64,000 nt of DNA, from contig CAXXMV010000003.1 in assembly GCA_963662285.2 (NCBI GenBank), forward strand, positions 371,613-435,612, given 5' to 3'. Shown piece after piece: positions 18,379-27,429 of the stretch. The notes below the pieces were generated by a model. It ran no database searches and was not told the DNA's origin. It worked only from the letters and a program-made list of their open reading frames with translations. The DNA is from a bacterium (lineage in GTDB: Bacteria; Hinthialibacterota; Hinthialibacteria; Hinthialibacterales; Hinthialibacteraceae). The stretch's first letter is position 1, and the number at the start of each line of letters is the position of its first letter. Both the position numbers and the translations under genes were made by a program.

Positions 18379-19536
18379 TTATTCCATTTCCGATAAGCGC
18401 TTTGCTGAGCGAACCAAGGGAGTGAGTAGGCTTTTTTCCAGCCATGAAACCACTGGCGCGACAACGCCGTCTCCCATTAAATGGTATGCTTCATTATATC
18501 TGGCGGGCAGTTGATATGTATCAGGCGCCCCCATGAGACGGGCGGTTTCGCGGGCTGATATAAGTCTGGAGCGGACATTTTTGCCATGAACTTCTAATAA
18601 AATCTGTCGGCTTGAACCACCGGCGGGGGTGCGCAGGCACCCGCTGATCTGATCGAAGCGTACTTCGGCGCGTTGTACGTTTTCTCCATCTCGATTGGTG
18701 CGGGTGCGCCGGTAGATGGTTCCATAGATTTTTTGTTTACTGCGCATGGCCTCTTTAACTTTATTGATATTCGGCTCTGACATTAAACTCAATAGATAAT
18801 CGGTCTCTGAAGAAGTATGCCATGCGACGTCTTCCGGATTATCTTCAATGATATCGGCTAAGGTTGATTGGCGTGGCGGCGGATCGGGCAAGCGCCACCA
18901 AATCCATTGCTTTTGCAAATTTTGAGGTAATTTATTGTATGATTGACAGATGGATTTTGAATGGAGGAACTCGTATGGTTTGTTATTAATAACCCCGTTA
19001 GGGATGGTGATATGATTTTTGACGGCGACTACAAATAAGCGCGGCCTGGATTGGGGTACGAATTGAACAGCATCCATCACGAATGGTCCGACATTATATC
19101 CCTCGTCCATTAAGACCCTGATCAGAGATTCGAAATCCTTGCCGCCATTGGAGGTTATGGCGCCGACAACGTTTTCTAATACAACTAGTGGAACAGGGCG
19201 CCCATTGTCGCCCATCTCTTTCATCAGGCGCCAGAACGACCAGAAGGTTCCGCTTCTTTTAGCCTTCAAACCACCCCGGTCGCCCGCAAGTGAAAGGTCT
19301 TGACATGGAAATGAAGCCCATGACAAGACAGGCGTCCCTGGAAGGTGATTTATTGTAAGTTTTGAGATATCTTCTAAAAGAAAGTGATCCGAAGATGGAA
19401 AATTCTCCTTGTAGGCCCAGGCCTTTTTAGCGGAATTATCGTTGGCGAAGAGGCAATCCCAGCGTGATCCCAGGCCGATGCGCGCCATGCCACTTCCCGC
19501 AAAAAATTCATAAAATCCCAATTTCTTAGCCGGCAT
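18379..19536 (-). CDS. DNA (cytosine-5) methyltransferase
   Basis: FFAGSG, SFPCQDLS, ENV, QSRPRLF and GDGV motifs. Confidence 0.92.
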   Translation of the reverse strand: MPAKKLGFYEFFAGSGMARIGLGSRWDCLFANDNSAKKAWAYKENFPSSDHFLLEDISKLTINHLPGTPVLSWASFPCQDLSLAGDRGGLKAKRSGTFWSFWRLMKEMGDNGRPVPLVVLENVVGAITSNGGKDFESLIRVLMDEGYNVGPFVMDAVQFVPQSRPRLFVVAVKNHITIPNGVINNKPYEFLHSKSICQSYNKLPQNLQKQWIWWRLPDPPPRQSTLADIIEDNPEDVAWHTSSETDYLLSLMSEPNINKVKEAMRSKQKIYGTIYRRTRTNRDGENVQRAEVRFDQISGCLRTPAGGSSRQILLEVHGKNVRSRLISARETARLMGAPDTYQLPARYNEAYHLMGDGVVAPVVSWLEKSLLTPLVRSAKRLSEME

Positions 19537-19947
19537 TCATTTAGCTCCAAGAAACTTTCTGACTACTTTTTGCATTTTATCAATATCTTTGATTTGACAT
19601 TCCCAAATGACCAGCGATTGCCAGCCCAGTTCTTCGAGTTTTCTTCTATTTTGTTTATCACGCTGCATATTGCGTTCGAGTTTTGGAATCCAATAACTTT
19701 TATTGGAAGCCGGGCGGTTCTTGCCTGATTTACAACTATGCCCATGCCAGAAGCAACCATGTACAAATATCACTTTGTGGAACTTTGGGAAGGCTAAGTC
19801 TGGTTTTCCCGGAAGATCGCTGCGATGAAGGCGAAAGCGGTATCCCATGGCATGAATCAGGCGCCGCATGGTCATCTCCGGTTTGGTATCCTTCGATTTG
19901 ACGCGGGTCATGGTCTTTTTTCGTTGTTCCGCAGTAAGATTGTCCAC
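19537..19947 (-). CDS. vsr: Very short patch repair endonuclease
   Basis: KDTKPE, LPGKPD, FVHGCFWHGH and WECQ motifs. Confidence 0.93.
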   Translation of the reverse strand: MDNLTAEQRKKTMTRVKSKDTKPEMTMRRLIHAMGYRFRLHRSDLPGKPDLAFPKFHKVIFVHGCFWHGHSCKSGKNRPASNKSYWIPKLERNMQRDKQNRRKLEELGWQSLVIWECQIKDIDKMQKVVRKFLGAK

Positions 19948-20062
19948 TTTTACTTCAATAACTCTTCATGAATATTGATATATTTATCATAAATTTCAGG
20001 TAGTATAACATATTTTGTAGGTGGTTTAAAAGATGAAAGTGAAAACGTAAGTGTTTTATCAT

Positions 20063-20197
20063 CCCCCTCACCCTAACCCTCTCCCGCCGGGAGAGGGGAC
20101 AATAAGGTTAACTTAATGACATTGACATCCAGGAATCCATCATAGGTGGTTTTTATCAACCCTCACCTAGTTTCTCCCAATCTTGGGAGAGGAATAC
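20063..20197. repeat. REP cluster: family A' copy, 17-bp TTAACTTAATGACATTG motif, family A copy
   Basis: Copies at 20063-20098, 20108-20124 and 20153-20197. Confidence 0.75.
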
Positions 20198-20241
20198 TTA
20201 TCCCATAAATATTTGTAATAATTAAATTTATTAACCTTTAC

Positions 20242-20718
20242 TTAATAATCTCTATTATCCTGCCTCATGTCGCGTTCAATATCCCGGCGTTTCATATCTT
20301 CGCGTTTATCGTGTAATTTCTTTCCCTGCGCTAGAGCGATATCAACTTTTACCCGGCCATTGACGAAATACATTTTGAGAGGAACCAGGGTGAATCCTTT
20401 AATTTGAACCTTGGTGAATAGTTTGAATATTTCCCGTTTATGCAGTAGAAGTTTCCTGCGCCGCACAGGATCATGATTGGCGTCGTTGCCATGCGAATAG
20501 GGGCTGATATGACAATCGCATAGAAATAGTTCGCCGTTTTGCAGTGTGGCGAAGCTCTCTCCCAGATTCACGGCCCCTTCGCGGATTGCTTTAACTTCGG
20601 TTCCCTGAAGCACAATTCCGGCCTGGTAACTTTCCAGAATGTGATATTGAAAACGCGCTTTGCGGTTGGTAGCCGCAATTTTATGACCGGCAGGTTTTGA
20701 AGAAGTTTTTCGGTTCAT
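20242..20718 (-). CDS. smpB: SsrA-binding protein
   Basis: NRKARFQY, GIVLQGTEVK, RRKLLLHKREI and GKKLHDKR motifs. Confidence 0.97.
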   Translation of the reverse strand: MNRKTSSKPAGHKIAATNRKARFQYHILESYQAGIVLQGTEVKAIREGAVNLGESFATLQNGELFLCDCHISPYSHGNDANHDPVRRRKLLLHKREIFKLFTKVQIKGFTLVPLKMYFVNGRVKVDIALAQGKKLHDKREDMKRRDIERDMRQDNRDY

Positions 20719-21066
20719 TGATTTATTTTGGTAATTATAAGAGTTTTTATTCCTGAATTTTATAACAAAGTTAAACTGAATTATCCTAATTCAAGTTGTA
20801 TGATTATAGCGTCTTGTCTACTACAGTAATTCTAATCCAAAATATTTTAGATAATTACTCTACAGATAATACTCATTTTCTTGTTTTTTAGGGAGAAGGG
20901 TGAAATATTTGCTTGAATAAACAGTCATCTTGACGAATTGAATGCGCAGCACCATGATAATTTCTTAGAGTGGATTGTATAATATCGTTGCTTTTGTTGA
21001 AATGAAACGTGATTATATATTGATATAAACATTAAAAAATCTGAAAGAAGAGATAGCGTAATATTG

Positions 21067-22383
21067 ATGGATAACAAATATATTGAACGATTTGAAAAGA
21101 AGACCGCGATACTCGGCGTGGTAGGTTTGGGTTATGTAGGATTGCCTATCGTACTCGAAACCACCCATTCTGGTTTCAAAACGATTGGTTTTGATATAGA
21201 TATAAAAAAAGTTGAATCATTACAGAACGGCCAATCTTATATTCATCATATTAAGTCAGAGAAGATACAGGAGTTGGTCTCAGGTGGTCTTTTCGAGGCT
21301 ACTACTGATTACGAAAGATTAAAGGAAGTGGACGCAATAATCATCTGCGTCCCCACTCCATTGAATGAATACCGCGAGCCTGATCTGAGGGCGGTCGACG
21401 CCACCGCCAAGGCTATTGCCGAAAATCTGCAACCCGGTCAGCTGATTATACTTGAAAGCACTACTTATCCCGGAACCACAGAAGAACGCATCCGTCCCCT
21501 TCTGGAAGAAACCGGCTTGAAAGTTGGCGAGGATGTATTTTTAACTTATTCTCCTGAACGTGAAGACCCAGGCCGCAAGGATTTTACTACCCGCACCATA
21601 CCCAAAGTATTCGGCGGCTGCACTAAAAATTGTCTGGCAGTGGGAACCGCGCTTTATTCACAGTTGTTTGATAACCTGGTTAAGGTTTCATCCACTCAGG
21701 CGGCGGAGATGACCAAGTTGTTGGAGAACATATACCGTTCCGTCAATATTGCTCTGGTTAACGAATTGAAGATGCTGAGCGACCGGATGGATATCGATAT
21801 CTGGGAAGTGATCAACGCCGCCGCTACCAAGCCTTTCGGTTATCACCCTTTCTATCCTGGTCCTGGTCTGGGAGGACATTGCATCCCCATCGACCCATTC
21901 TATTTAACCTGGAAAGCGCGTGAGGTTGAATTTTCCACCCGCTTCATTGAACTGGCTGGAGAGATCAACACCAATATGCCGCGCTACGTCATCATGAAGA
22001 TGGTCGAAACCCTCTCAGAACAGGGCTGCGTGGTTAAAGGCGCCAAGGTGCTGGTTCTGGGAGTGGCTTATAAACCGAACGTGGATGACGTGCGCGAGTC
22101 GCCCGCTTTGAAAGTGGTTGAACTAATGCGAGATTGGGGTATGGAAGTCTGTTATCACGATCCCTACATTCCGGTTTATCCCAAATCCCGGCGCGGCGAC
22201 ATGGGGCTTTCTTCTATAGAATTAACCGAAGAAACCTTACAGGATCATGATGCGGTGTTGATCCTGACCGATCACGCCTGCATCGATTACCAATGGGTGG
22301 TTGATAACGCCAAGGTGGTTATTGATACGCGCAACGCGACTGCGGATGTCAGCAGCAACCGGGATCGGATTGTTAAAGCTTAG
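21067..22383 (+). CDS. Nucleotide-sugar dehydrogenase (UDP-GlcNAc/ManNAc 6-dehydrogenase type)
   Basis: GLGYVG, ESTTYPGTT, SPEREDPG, KLLENIYR, GGHCIPIDP and DDVRESP motifs. Confidence 0.9.
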   Translation: MDNKYIERFEKKTAILGVVGLGYVGLPIVLETTHSGFKTIGFDIDIKKVESLQNGQSYIHHIKSEKIQELVSGGLFEATTDYERLKEVDAIIICVPTPLNEYREPDLRAVDATAKAIAENLQPGQLIILESTTYPGTTEERIRPLLEETGLKVGEDVFLTYSPEREDPGRKDFTTRTIPKVFGGCTKNCLAVGTALYSQLFDNLVKVSSTQAAEMTKLLENIYRSVNIALVNELKMLSDRMDIDIWEVINAAATKPFGYHPFYPGPGLGGHCIPIDPFYLTWKAREVEFSTRFIELAGEINTNMPRYVIMKMVETLSEQGCVVKGAKVLVLGVAYKPNVDDVRESPALKVVELMRDWGMEVCYHDPYIPVYPKSRRGDMGLSSIELTEETLQDHDAVLILTDHACIDYQWVVDNAKVVIDTRNATADVSSNRDRIVKA

Positions 22384-22401
22384 TATATTATTGAGTGGCT
22401 T

Positions 22402-22523
22402 CGGGCGACCACGAGGGGCGCACCCTACATTGTTTGAATGGATTCGGGTGTTTAGAAATCACCCCTACGCGTTGGGGGATGTATTCCTCTCCCAAGATTG
22501 GGAGAGGATAGGAGAGGGTTGAT
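22402..22523. repeat. GTAG-type REP-like hairpin (GGGCGACCACGAGGGGCGCACCCTAC) plus family A copy
   Basis: Hairpin ending CCCTAC at about 22402-22428; family A copy at 22481-22523. Confidence 0.6.
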
Positions 22524-22572
22524 CGCAGCCACCCTTGCATAGAAATGACTGGCGTTTTTAGGATTATATATA

Positions 22573-23391
22573 ATGACCAACCGATCTGATGCTTGCATTG
22601 AAGAACGCCTTAAGCAATATTATCAGACCAGCACCCGTTACCGGGATGATTTGGTTACTCATGATGCATCATTTCTGGAACCTTTTCTGATTCTGATTGA
22701 ACGATATCTGGCTAAGAATAGCCGGATTCTTGACCTGGGCTGCGGCACGGGATTATCTACCCGCTTGATCGAAGAGAGAGGTTATCCGGTTTGTGGAGTT
22801 GATTTATCGCCTTTGTTTTTAGGCGTTGAGAAGAAGGCGAATCCCCAAACCAATCTACTGGCGGGCAATGCGCTGCAACTGCCATTCGCCGATAATACAT
22901 TTGATGCGGTAGTTGCTTTTGAATTTATAGAACACATAACCGATGTTCCAGCGCTTTTGAATGAGATGCTGCGGGTATTAAACGATCATGGTTATATCAT
23001 TATTCACTCGCCAAATCTGGTTTCTCCATATTTGCCTGCTTTTGATCTGTTGCGCATGATGTTAGGCGGCGAAGGCAGACCGGTGTTCGCCGAGGATGCC
23101 AAACAGGCCAGTCAGTGGTTGAAGCAAAACCTTAAGATATCCTTGAAAAAGAAATTTGCTTCAAAACCGGATTTCCTGTATCGCGAGCCGGATTTATCCG
23201 AACGCAGGATCGGTGGAGATTCAGACAGCGTCTACCTGGCCAACCAGATGGATCTGGCAAAATATTTCAAGATGAACGGCTGCGCGATTGATAACCTGTC
23301 GCACGCCATGAGTTTGAAGAATAAGTTTATTGTAACTTTGACGCCTAATTTTGCGCCCTATATTGGTCTGGTAACTCATAAATTGCCTTAA
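22573..23391 (+). CDS. Class I SAM-dependent methyltransferase
   Basis: ILDLGCGTG, LPFADNTFDAV and EH motifs. Confidence 0.85.
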   Translation: MTNRSDACIEERLKQYYQTSTRYRDDLVTHDASFLEPFLILIERYLAKNSRILDLGCGTGLSTRLIEERGYPVCGVDLSPLFLGVEKKANPQTNLLAGNALQLPFADNTFDAVVAFEFIEHITDVPALLNEMLRVLNDHGYIIIHSPNLVSPYLPAFDLLRMMLGGEGRPVFAEDAKQASQWLKQNLKISLKKKFASKPDFLYREPDLSERRIGGDSDSVYLANQMDLAKYFKMNGCAIDNLSHAMSLKNKFIVTLTPNFAPYIGLVTHKLP

Positions 23392-23421
23392 ATAATGTTT
23401 AGTATGAAAAGTGATTAGCTA

Positions 23422-24216
23422 ATGGCTGTTCTGAAATCAGTTAATATAAAAAAGCAATACGCCGCCAAAACCGTGGTTGATAGGGTAAACGTGGCCGTCT
23501 CCAGCAGTGAAATTGTCGGTCTGCTGGGACCCAATGGCGCCGGTAAGACGACTACCTTCGGTATGATCATGGGCATTGTGAAACCAGATGAAGGCCGGAT
23601 CGAACTGGACGGCATTGATATTACCAGCCGCCCCCTATCCAGAAGGGCGCGCATGGGCATCGGCTACCTTTCGCAGGAACCCTCAATCTTCAGGCGGCTG
23701 ACCGTATGGCAGAACGTGATGGTTGTTTTAGAGAACATGCCTCTCAATGCTTCTGAGCGTGAAGCCAGCTGCCGGAAATTGCTGGAAGAATCCGAACTGT
23801 TTTATTTAGCCGACCAGAAAGCCGATACTCTATCCGGTGGAGAAAAAAGGCGCATGGAAATCTGCCGCGCTCTGGCCGCCCGTCCCCGTATCCTGCTGTT
23901 GGATGAACCGTTCTCCGGCGTTGATCCCATCGCGGTTGGTGAATTGCAAGAGATTATCCTGCAGATGAAAAAACGCCGCATCGGCGTCTTGATCACCGAC
24001 CACAGCGTCCGGGAAACACTCGAAGTTACCGACCGGGCCTACATCATGCACCAGGGCGTTATCCTGACCCAGGGAACCTCCAGCCAGCTGATTAATGATC
24101 CCATCGTCCGTGAAACCTACCTGGGCGAGAACTTCTACTTCAAAAAAACCAAGAAAACAACCACTAAAAAGAAGCCTATTCAAAAATCTGATACCTTGTT
24201 TGAAATAAGGGATTAG
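23422..24216 (+). CDS. lptB: LPS export ABC transporter ATP-binding protein
   Basis: GPNGAGKTT, YLSQEPSIFRRL, LSGGEKRR, DEPFSGVDP, ITDHSVRETL and YLGENF motifs. Confidence 0.92.
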   Translation: MAVLKSVNIKKQYAAKTVVDRVNVAVSSSEIVGLLGPNGAGKTTTFGMIMGIVKPDEGRIELDGIDITSRPLSRRARMGIGYLSQEPSIFRRLTVWQNVMVVLENMPLNASEREASCRKLLEESELFYLADQKADTLSGGEKRRMEICRALAARPRILLLDEPFSGVDPIAVGELQEIILQMKKRRIGVLITDHSVRETLEVTDRAYIMHQGVILTQGTSSQLINDPIVRETYLGENFYFKKTKKTTTKKKPIQKSDTLFEIRD

Positions 24217-24325
24217 AATAGGGATTTTGGGATTGAGTGGGTGGTTTTTTATGAGTCGGTAAGGCTGACTTATTCTACGCGATAGGTCATTATTCTGAAC
24301 AATCATCACGTGAGGAGAAAATATT

Positions 24326-26218
24326 ATGCTTTCTTCCGGTAATGCTTCATCATATTTAAAAACCCGCTTTGGTCTTGCGTTCCTTTTTCTTCTTCCCATA
24401 ACCATATCAACTAGCGCGGTTGATATGACTACTACGGTTGATGCGACTGATATAACCAGGGGCTTGCTTAAAACCTCTACGGAATATCAGGTTCGTTCCG
24501 GGGTATATGAATTGTATTATCCCGAATGGATTCCCGGTATTCATGGTCCACGGAATCCAGTTCAGAATCTTGCCGAAATAACGGTCGCAACCACAAAAGG
24601 AAAACCAGTCCAATGGCGGCGCGACCCTCATAATGCCTTTAAATTCCAGATCGAGGTTCCCAAGGGAGTGCGGCGCGTTGTGGTTGGAACAACCTACATC
24701 TGCAATCAACCCAGCGTTAATTCGCGCAGCATTGATTCGTATGGCAACTCGCTTGTAGGCGTGATTAATTGGAATACCTGCCTGCTTTATCCAGCAGGGA
24801 TTAAAGCTAGTGAAGTTGATGTAAATCTAAATTTGAATCTACCCGAAGGTTGGAAATGGGGTTCGTCGTTGATTCAAAAGAGTGATGATGAAAACTCCGT
24901 GCAGTTCAAGACCATCTCGTTTGAAGACTTGGTCGATAGCCCGCTGATATGCGGCAAATATCTAAGAACTTACGATTTGACGCCCAAAGATGGTCCTAAA
25001 CATTCGCTGCATCTGGTATCTGAATCAGAAAAAGCGGTTAAACCTACTGATAAGACCATTGATGGATTAAAGCGGATCGTTCAGGAAGCGGCTTTGATGC
25101 TGAAGAAGCATCATTTCGAGCATTATCATTTTCTGCTGGTGCTGAGCGATACCGTACCAGGTATGGGTTTAGAGCACCTGAACTCCAGCCTGAACGGTGA
25201 AGGCGAGCGTGGGCTGTTGGATGAGAACCAGATATCAGGAACAGCCAACCTCTTGTCCCATGAATATTGCCATAGCTGGTGCGGCAAGTACCGCCGTCCT
25301 GCGGGTATGGTATTGCCTGATTTTAACACGCCGATGGATACGCGGTTGCTTTGGGTCTATGAGGGGCTGGATCAATATCTGGGCAAAGTTCTGGCTGCGC
25401 GAGCTGAACTGAACGCCCAGAAGAGAGAATCTTCTTTCGATGAGATTCTGAAAAAACTTGGTGGAACCATCAAGTATTATATGAGCCAGAAAGGCAGACG
25501 ATCCATTTCTCTGGAAGATACATCTTCATCCTCCTACATCCGCAGAGGTGGCAGCCGTTATTGGAACCGCTTAAACCGGGGGCAGGATTACTACAACGAA
25601 GGCGCCATGCTGTGGATGAATATCGACGCCATATTACGCATAGAGAGCGAAGGCGAACTTAGTCTGGATGATTTCTGCCGGGAGTTCTTGGGATATGAAG
25701 AAAAAGGCCAAACCATCACTGGTTTTGAAGAATCTGATATTGTTGAGATATTAAATAAATTACATGCCTATGATTGGGCTGAATTGATTGATTCACAGGT
25801 GCGCGGCCTGCATGAAGAGTTGCCTCTGGATTTCATCGGAAAATGTGGATATCGCATCCAATATTCCAACCAGGCCACTGATTTCGACAAGGATTGCATA
25901 GCCACATCACTGGGACTGGTCGTATCAGGAGACGGCGTTATATCACGCATCGTTCCGGGCGGCGCAGCCGATCAAGCCGGGCTTTATGAAACAGCTAAAA
26001 TTATCGGAATTAATGACCGCAAATTCAGTAAGAAACGTCTGGAAGACGCCATAGCCGACTCTGTGGCGTTGCGTTCTATAAAACTACTTATGCTAAATGG
26101 CGATCTATTTGAAACCGTCACCGTCAATTATGCTGACGGTCCGAAGTATCTTGACCTGGTACGCAACGATGAGCCTGATCTGCTGAAGGAGATTTGGCAA
26201 CCGTTGTCAGTGGAATAA
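24326..26218 (+). CDS. M61 glycyl aminopeptidase family metallopeptidase with C-terminal PDZ domain
   Basis: WIPG, LVDSP, GLEHLNS, HEYCHSW (HExxH) and LLWVYEG motifs; signal peptide. Confidence 0.88.
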   Translation: MLSSGNASSYLKTRFGLAFLFLLPITISTSAVDMTTTVDATDITRGLLKTSTEYQVRSGVYELYYPEWIPGIHGPRNPVQNLAEITVATTKGKPVQWRRDPHNAFKFQIEVPKGVRRVVVGTTYICNQPSVNSRSIDSYGNSLVGVINWNTCLLYPAGIKASEVDVNLNLNLPEGWKWGSSLIQKSDDENSVQFKTISFEDLVDSPLICGKYLRTYDLTPKDGPKHSLHLVSESEKAVKPTDKTIDGLKRIVQEAALMLKKHHFEHYHFLLVLSDTVPGMGLEHLNSSLNGEGERGLLDENQISGTANLLSHEYCHSWCGKYRRPAGMVLPDFNTPMDTRLLWVYEGLDQYLGKVLAARAELNAQKRESSFDEILKKLGGTIKYYMSQKGRRSISLEDTSSSSYIRRGGSRYWNRLNRGQDYYNEGAMLWMNIDAILRIESEGELSLDDFCREFLGYEEKGQTITGFEESDIVEILNKLHAYDWAELIDSQVRGLHEELPLDFIGKCGYRIQYSNQATDFDKDCIATSLGLVVSGDGVISRIVPGGAADQAGLYETAKIIGINDRKFSKKRLEDAIADSVALRSIKLLMLNGDLFETVTVNYADGPKYLDLVRNDEPDLLKEIWQPLSVE

Positions 26219-26223
26219 ATCCC

Positions 26224-26304
26224 GTAGGGTAGGTCGCGTTTTTTTGATCCACCGGAATCGATCAATCAATTATTATCGGTAGGTCGGTAAAACGCGATCC
26301 ACCC
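26224..26304. repeat. Inverted REP doublet (GTAG family)
   Basis: GTAGGGTAGGTCGCGTTTTTTTGATCCACC and GGTAGGTCGGTAAAACGCGATCCACCC are approximate reverse complements, between convergent genes. Confidence 0.6.
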
Positions 26305-26332
26305 GAAAATTGTGATGATATATAAGTTATGC

Positions 26333-26872
26333 TTACAGTTCACTTCTTGTTTTGCCGCCATGTTTTTTTAGGATGGCTGCGATTGTGGGTCTGACTTTCT
26401 TAATGCGTTCGATGTCAATTTGCATTTGCAACATCCCGCCGACCATTTTATAAATGCCTTCCAATTCCTGGCTCCATTGGCCTGCAACCACATCCATTGG
26501 CGTACTGCCATTTTTGTCTTTAACATTGACTTGTGCGCCATTTTCAAGGAGCAGAGTCACTATCTCGGGATAGCCGAAGAACACCGCGCTCATCAAAGCA
26601 GTGGAACCTTCGTTATTCTTGATCTCTAAATCAGCTCCATTCTTAACCAATAGTGTTGCTGCTTCGGTATTGCCCGTAACAGTCGTTACCATCAACGGCG
26701 TACCGCCTCTTACTGGGTCTTTTTCATTAAGATTTGTTCCAGCGTCAATATGTTTCTGTAATTCTGCTATGTTTCCCGTACTGACGGCAGTCCAAATATC
26801 TACATTTGGTCCTTGCGAACTGCACCCAACTGTGAAAATAAGTGCAAGAATAAAAATAAAACGTATTCTCAT
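26333..26872 (-). CDS. Ankyrin-repeat lipoprotein
   Basis: TVGC lipobox; GTPLM, GSTALM, LLLENGA and GSTPM ankyrin motifs. Confidence 0.85.
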   Translation of the reverse strand: MRIRFIFILALIFTVGCSSQGPNVDIWTAVSTGNIAELQKHIDAGTNLNEKDPVRGGTPLMVTTVTGNTEAATLLVKNGADLEIKNNEGSTALMSAVFFGYPEIVTLLLENGAQVNVKDKNGSTPMDVVAGQWSQELEGIYKMVGGMLQMQIDIERIKKVRPTIAAILKKHGGKTRSEL

Positions 26873-27009
26873 TTTGCTAATATCCTTTCTTTCATTTCGC
26901 TAAGAATCGATGCTTTTATATAGTAGTCAAAATTTAACCTTCTACATTGTAATAGACGATTAATGACTTTGATTATTCATATCCTGCGAGATGTTCATTG
27001 ATAACTAAT

Positions 27010-27429
27010 CTAAAACAAACGCTCGAAATGTTTCGGATTGTATTCTTCTTTAGATCGATCTACCCAATAGGTTTCGCATTCATCTGGGAATTTGATATCC
27101 ATCGCATCGCGCCGGATGATTTTCTGAACCAGTGATACGGCGGTAAAGATGATAAAAAAGATGATCGATAATACCAGGCGCGACATCACCCAGCTTAATC
27201 TTACTGCAATAGCCGACCAGACAATGAAGATTGGCCGTAAACCAGTAGGGAAGAGAATGGCTGGCGCCAGAAAAACAATTCCGCCTACCATCCACAGCCG
27301 GTAACACCATGTCAGGTTGCCGCGCCACATCAATAATCCACCCAGCATCAGGCAGAATAATGTCATACCTATACCGAAGCCGCGCAGGTCTTTGCTGCTT
27401 GCATTTTGAGGTGATGGTTGCTTAATCAA
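27010..27429 (-). CDS. SxtJ-family membrane protein
   Basis: LRGFG, hydrophobic helices, SRLVLSIIFF, TYW and terminal RLF; overlaps the carbamoyltransferase stop. Confidence 0.75.
   Translation of the reverse strand: MIKQPSPQNASSKDLRGFGIGMTLFCLMLGGLLMWRGNLTWCYRLWMVGGIVFLAPAILFPTGLRPIFIVWSAIAVRLSWVMSRLVLSIIFFIIFTAVSLVQKIIRRDAMDIKFPDECETYWVDRSKEEYNPKHFERLF

Noticed and set aside
19950-21060. tmRNA (ssrA) or tRNA beside smpB as an island attachment site
   Set aside because: No tRNA-like ends or T-arm recognised; the flanks are AT-rich or REP sequence
23830-24405. 191-aa antisense ORF and similar shadow ORFs (37928-38485, 48963-49502)
   Set aside because: They lie opposite well-supported genes and have no motifs
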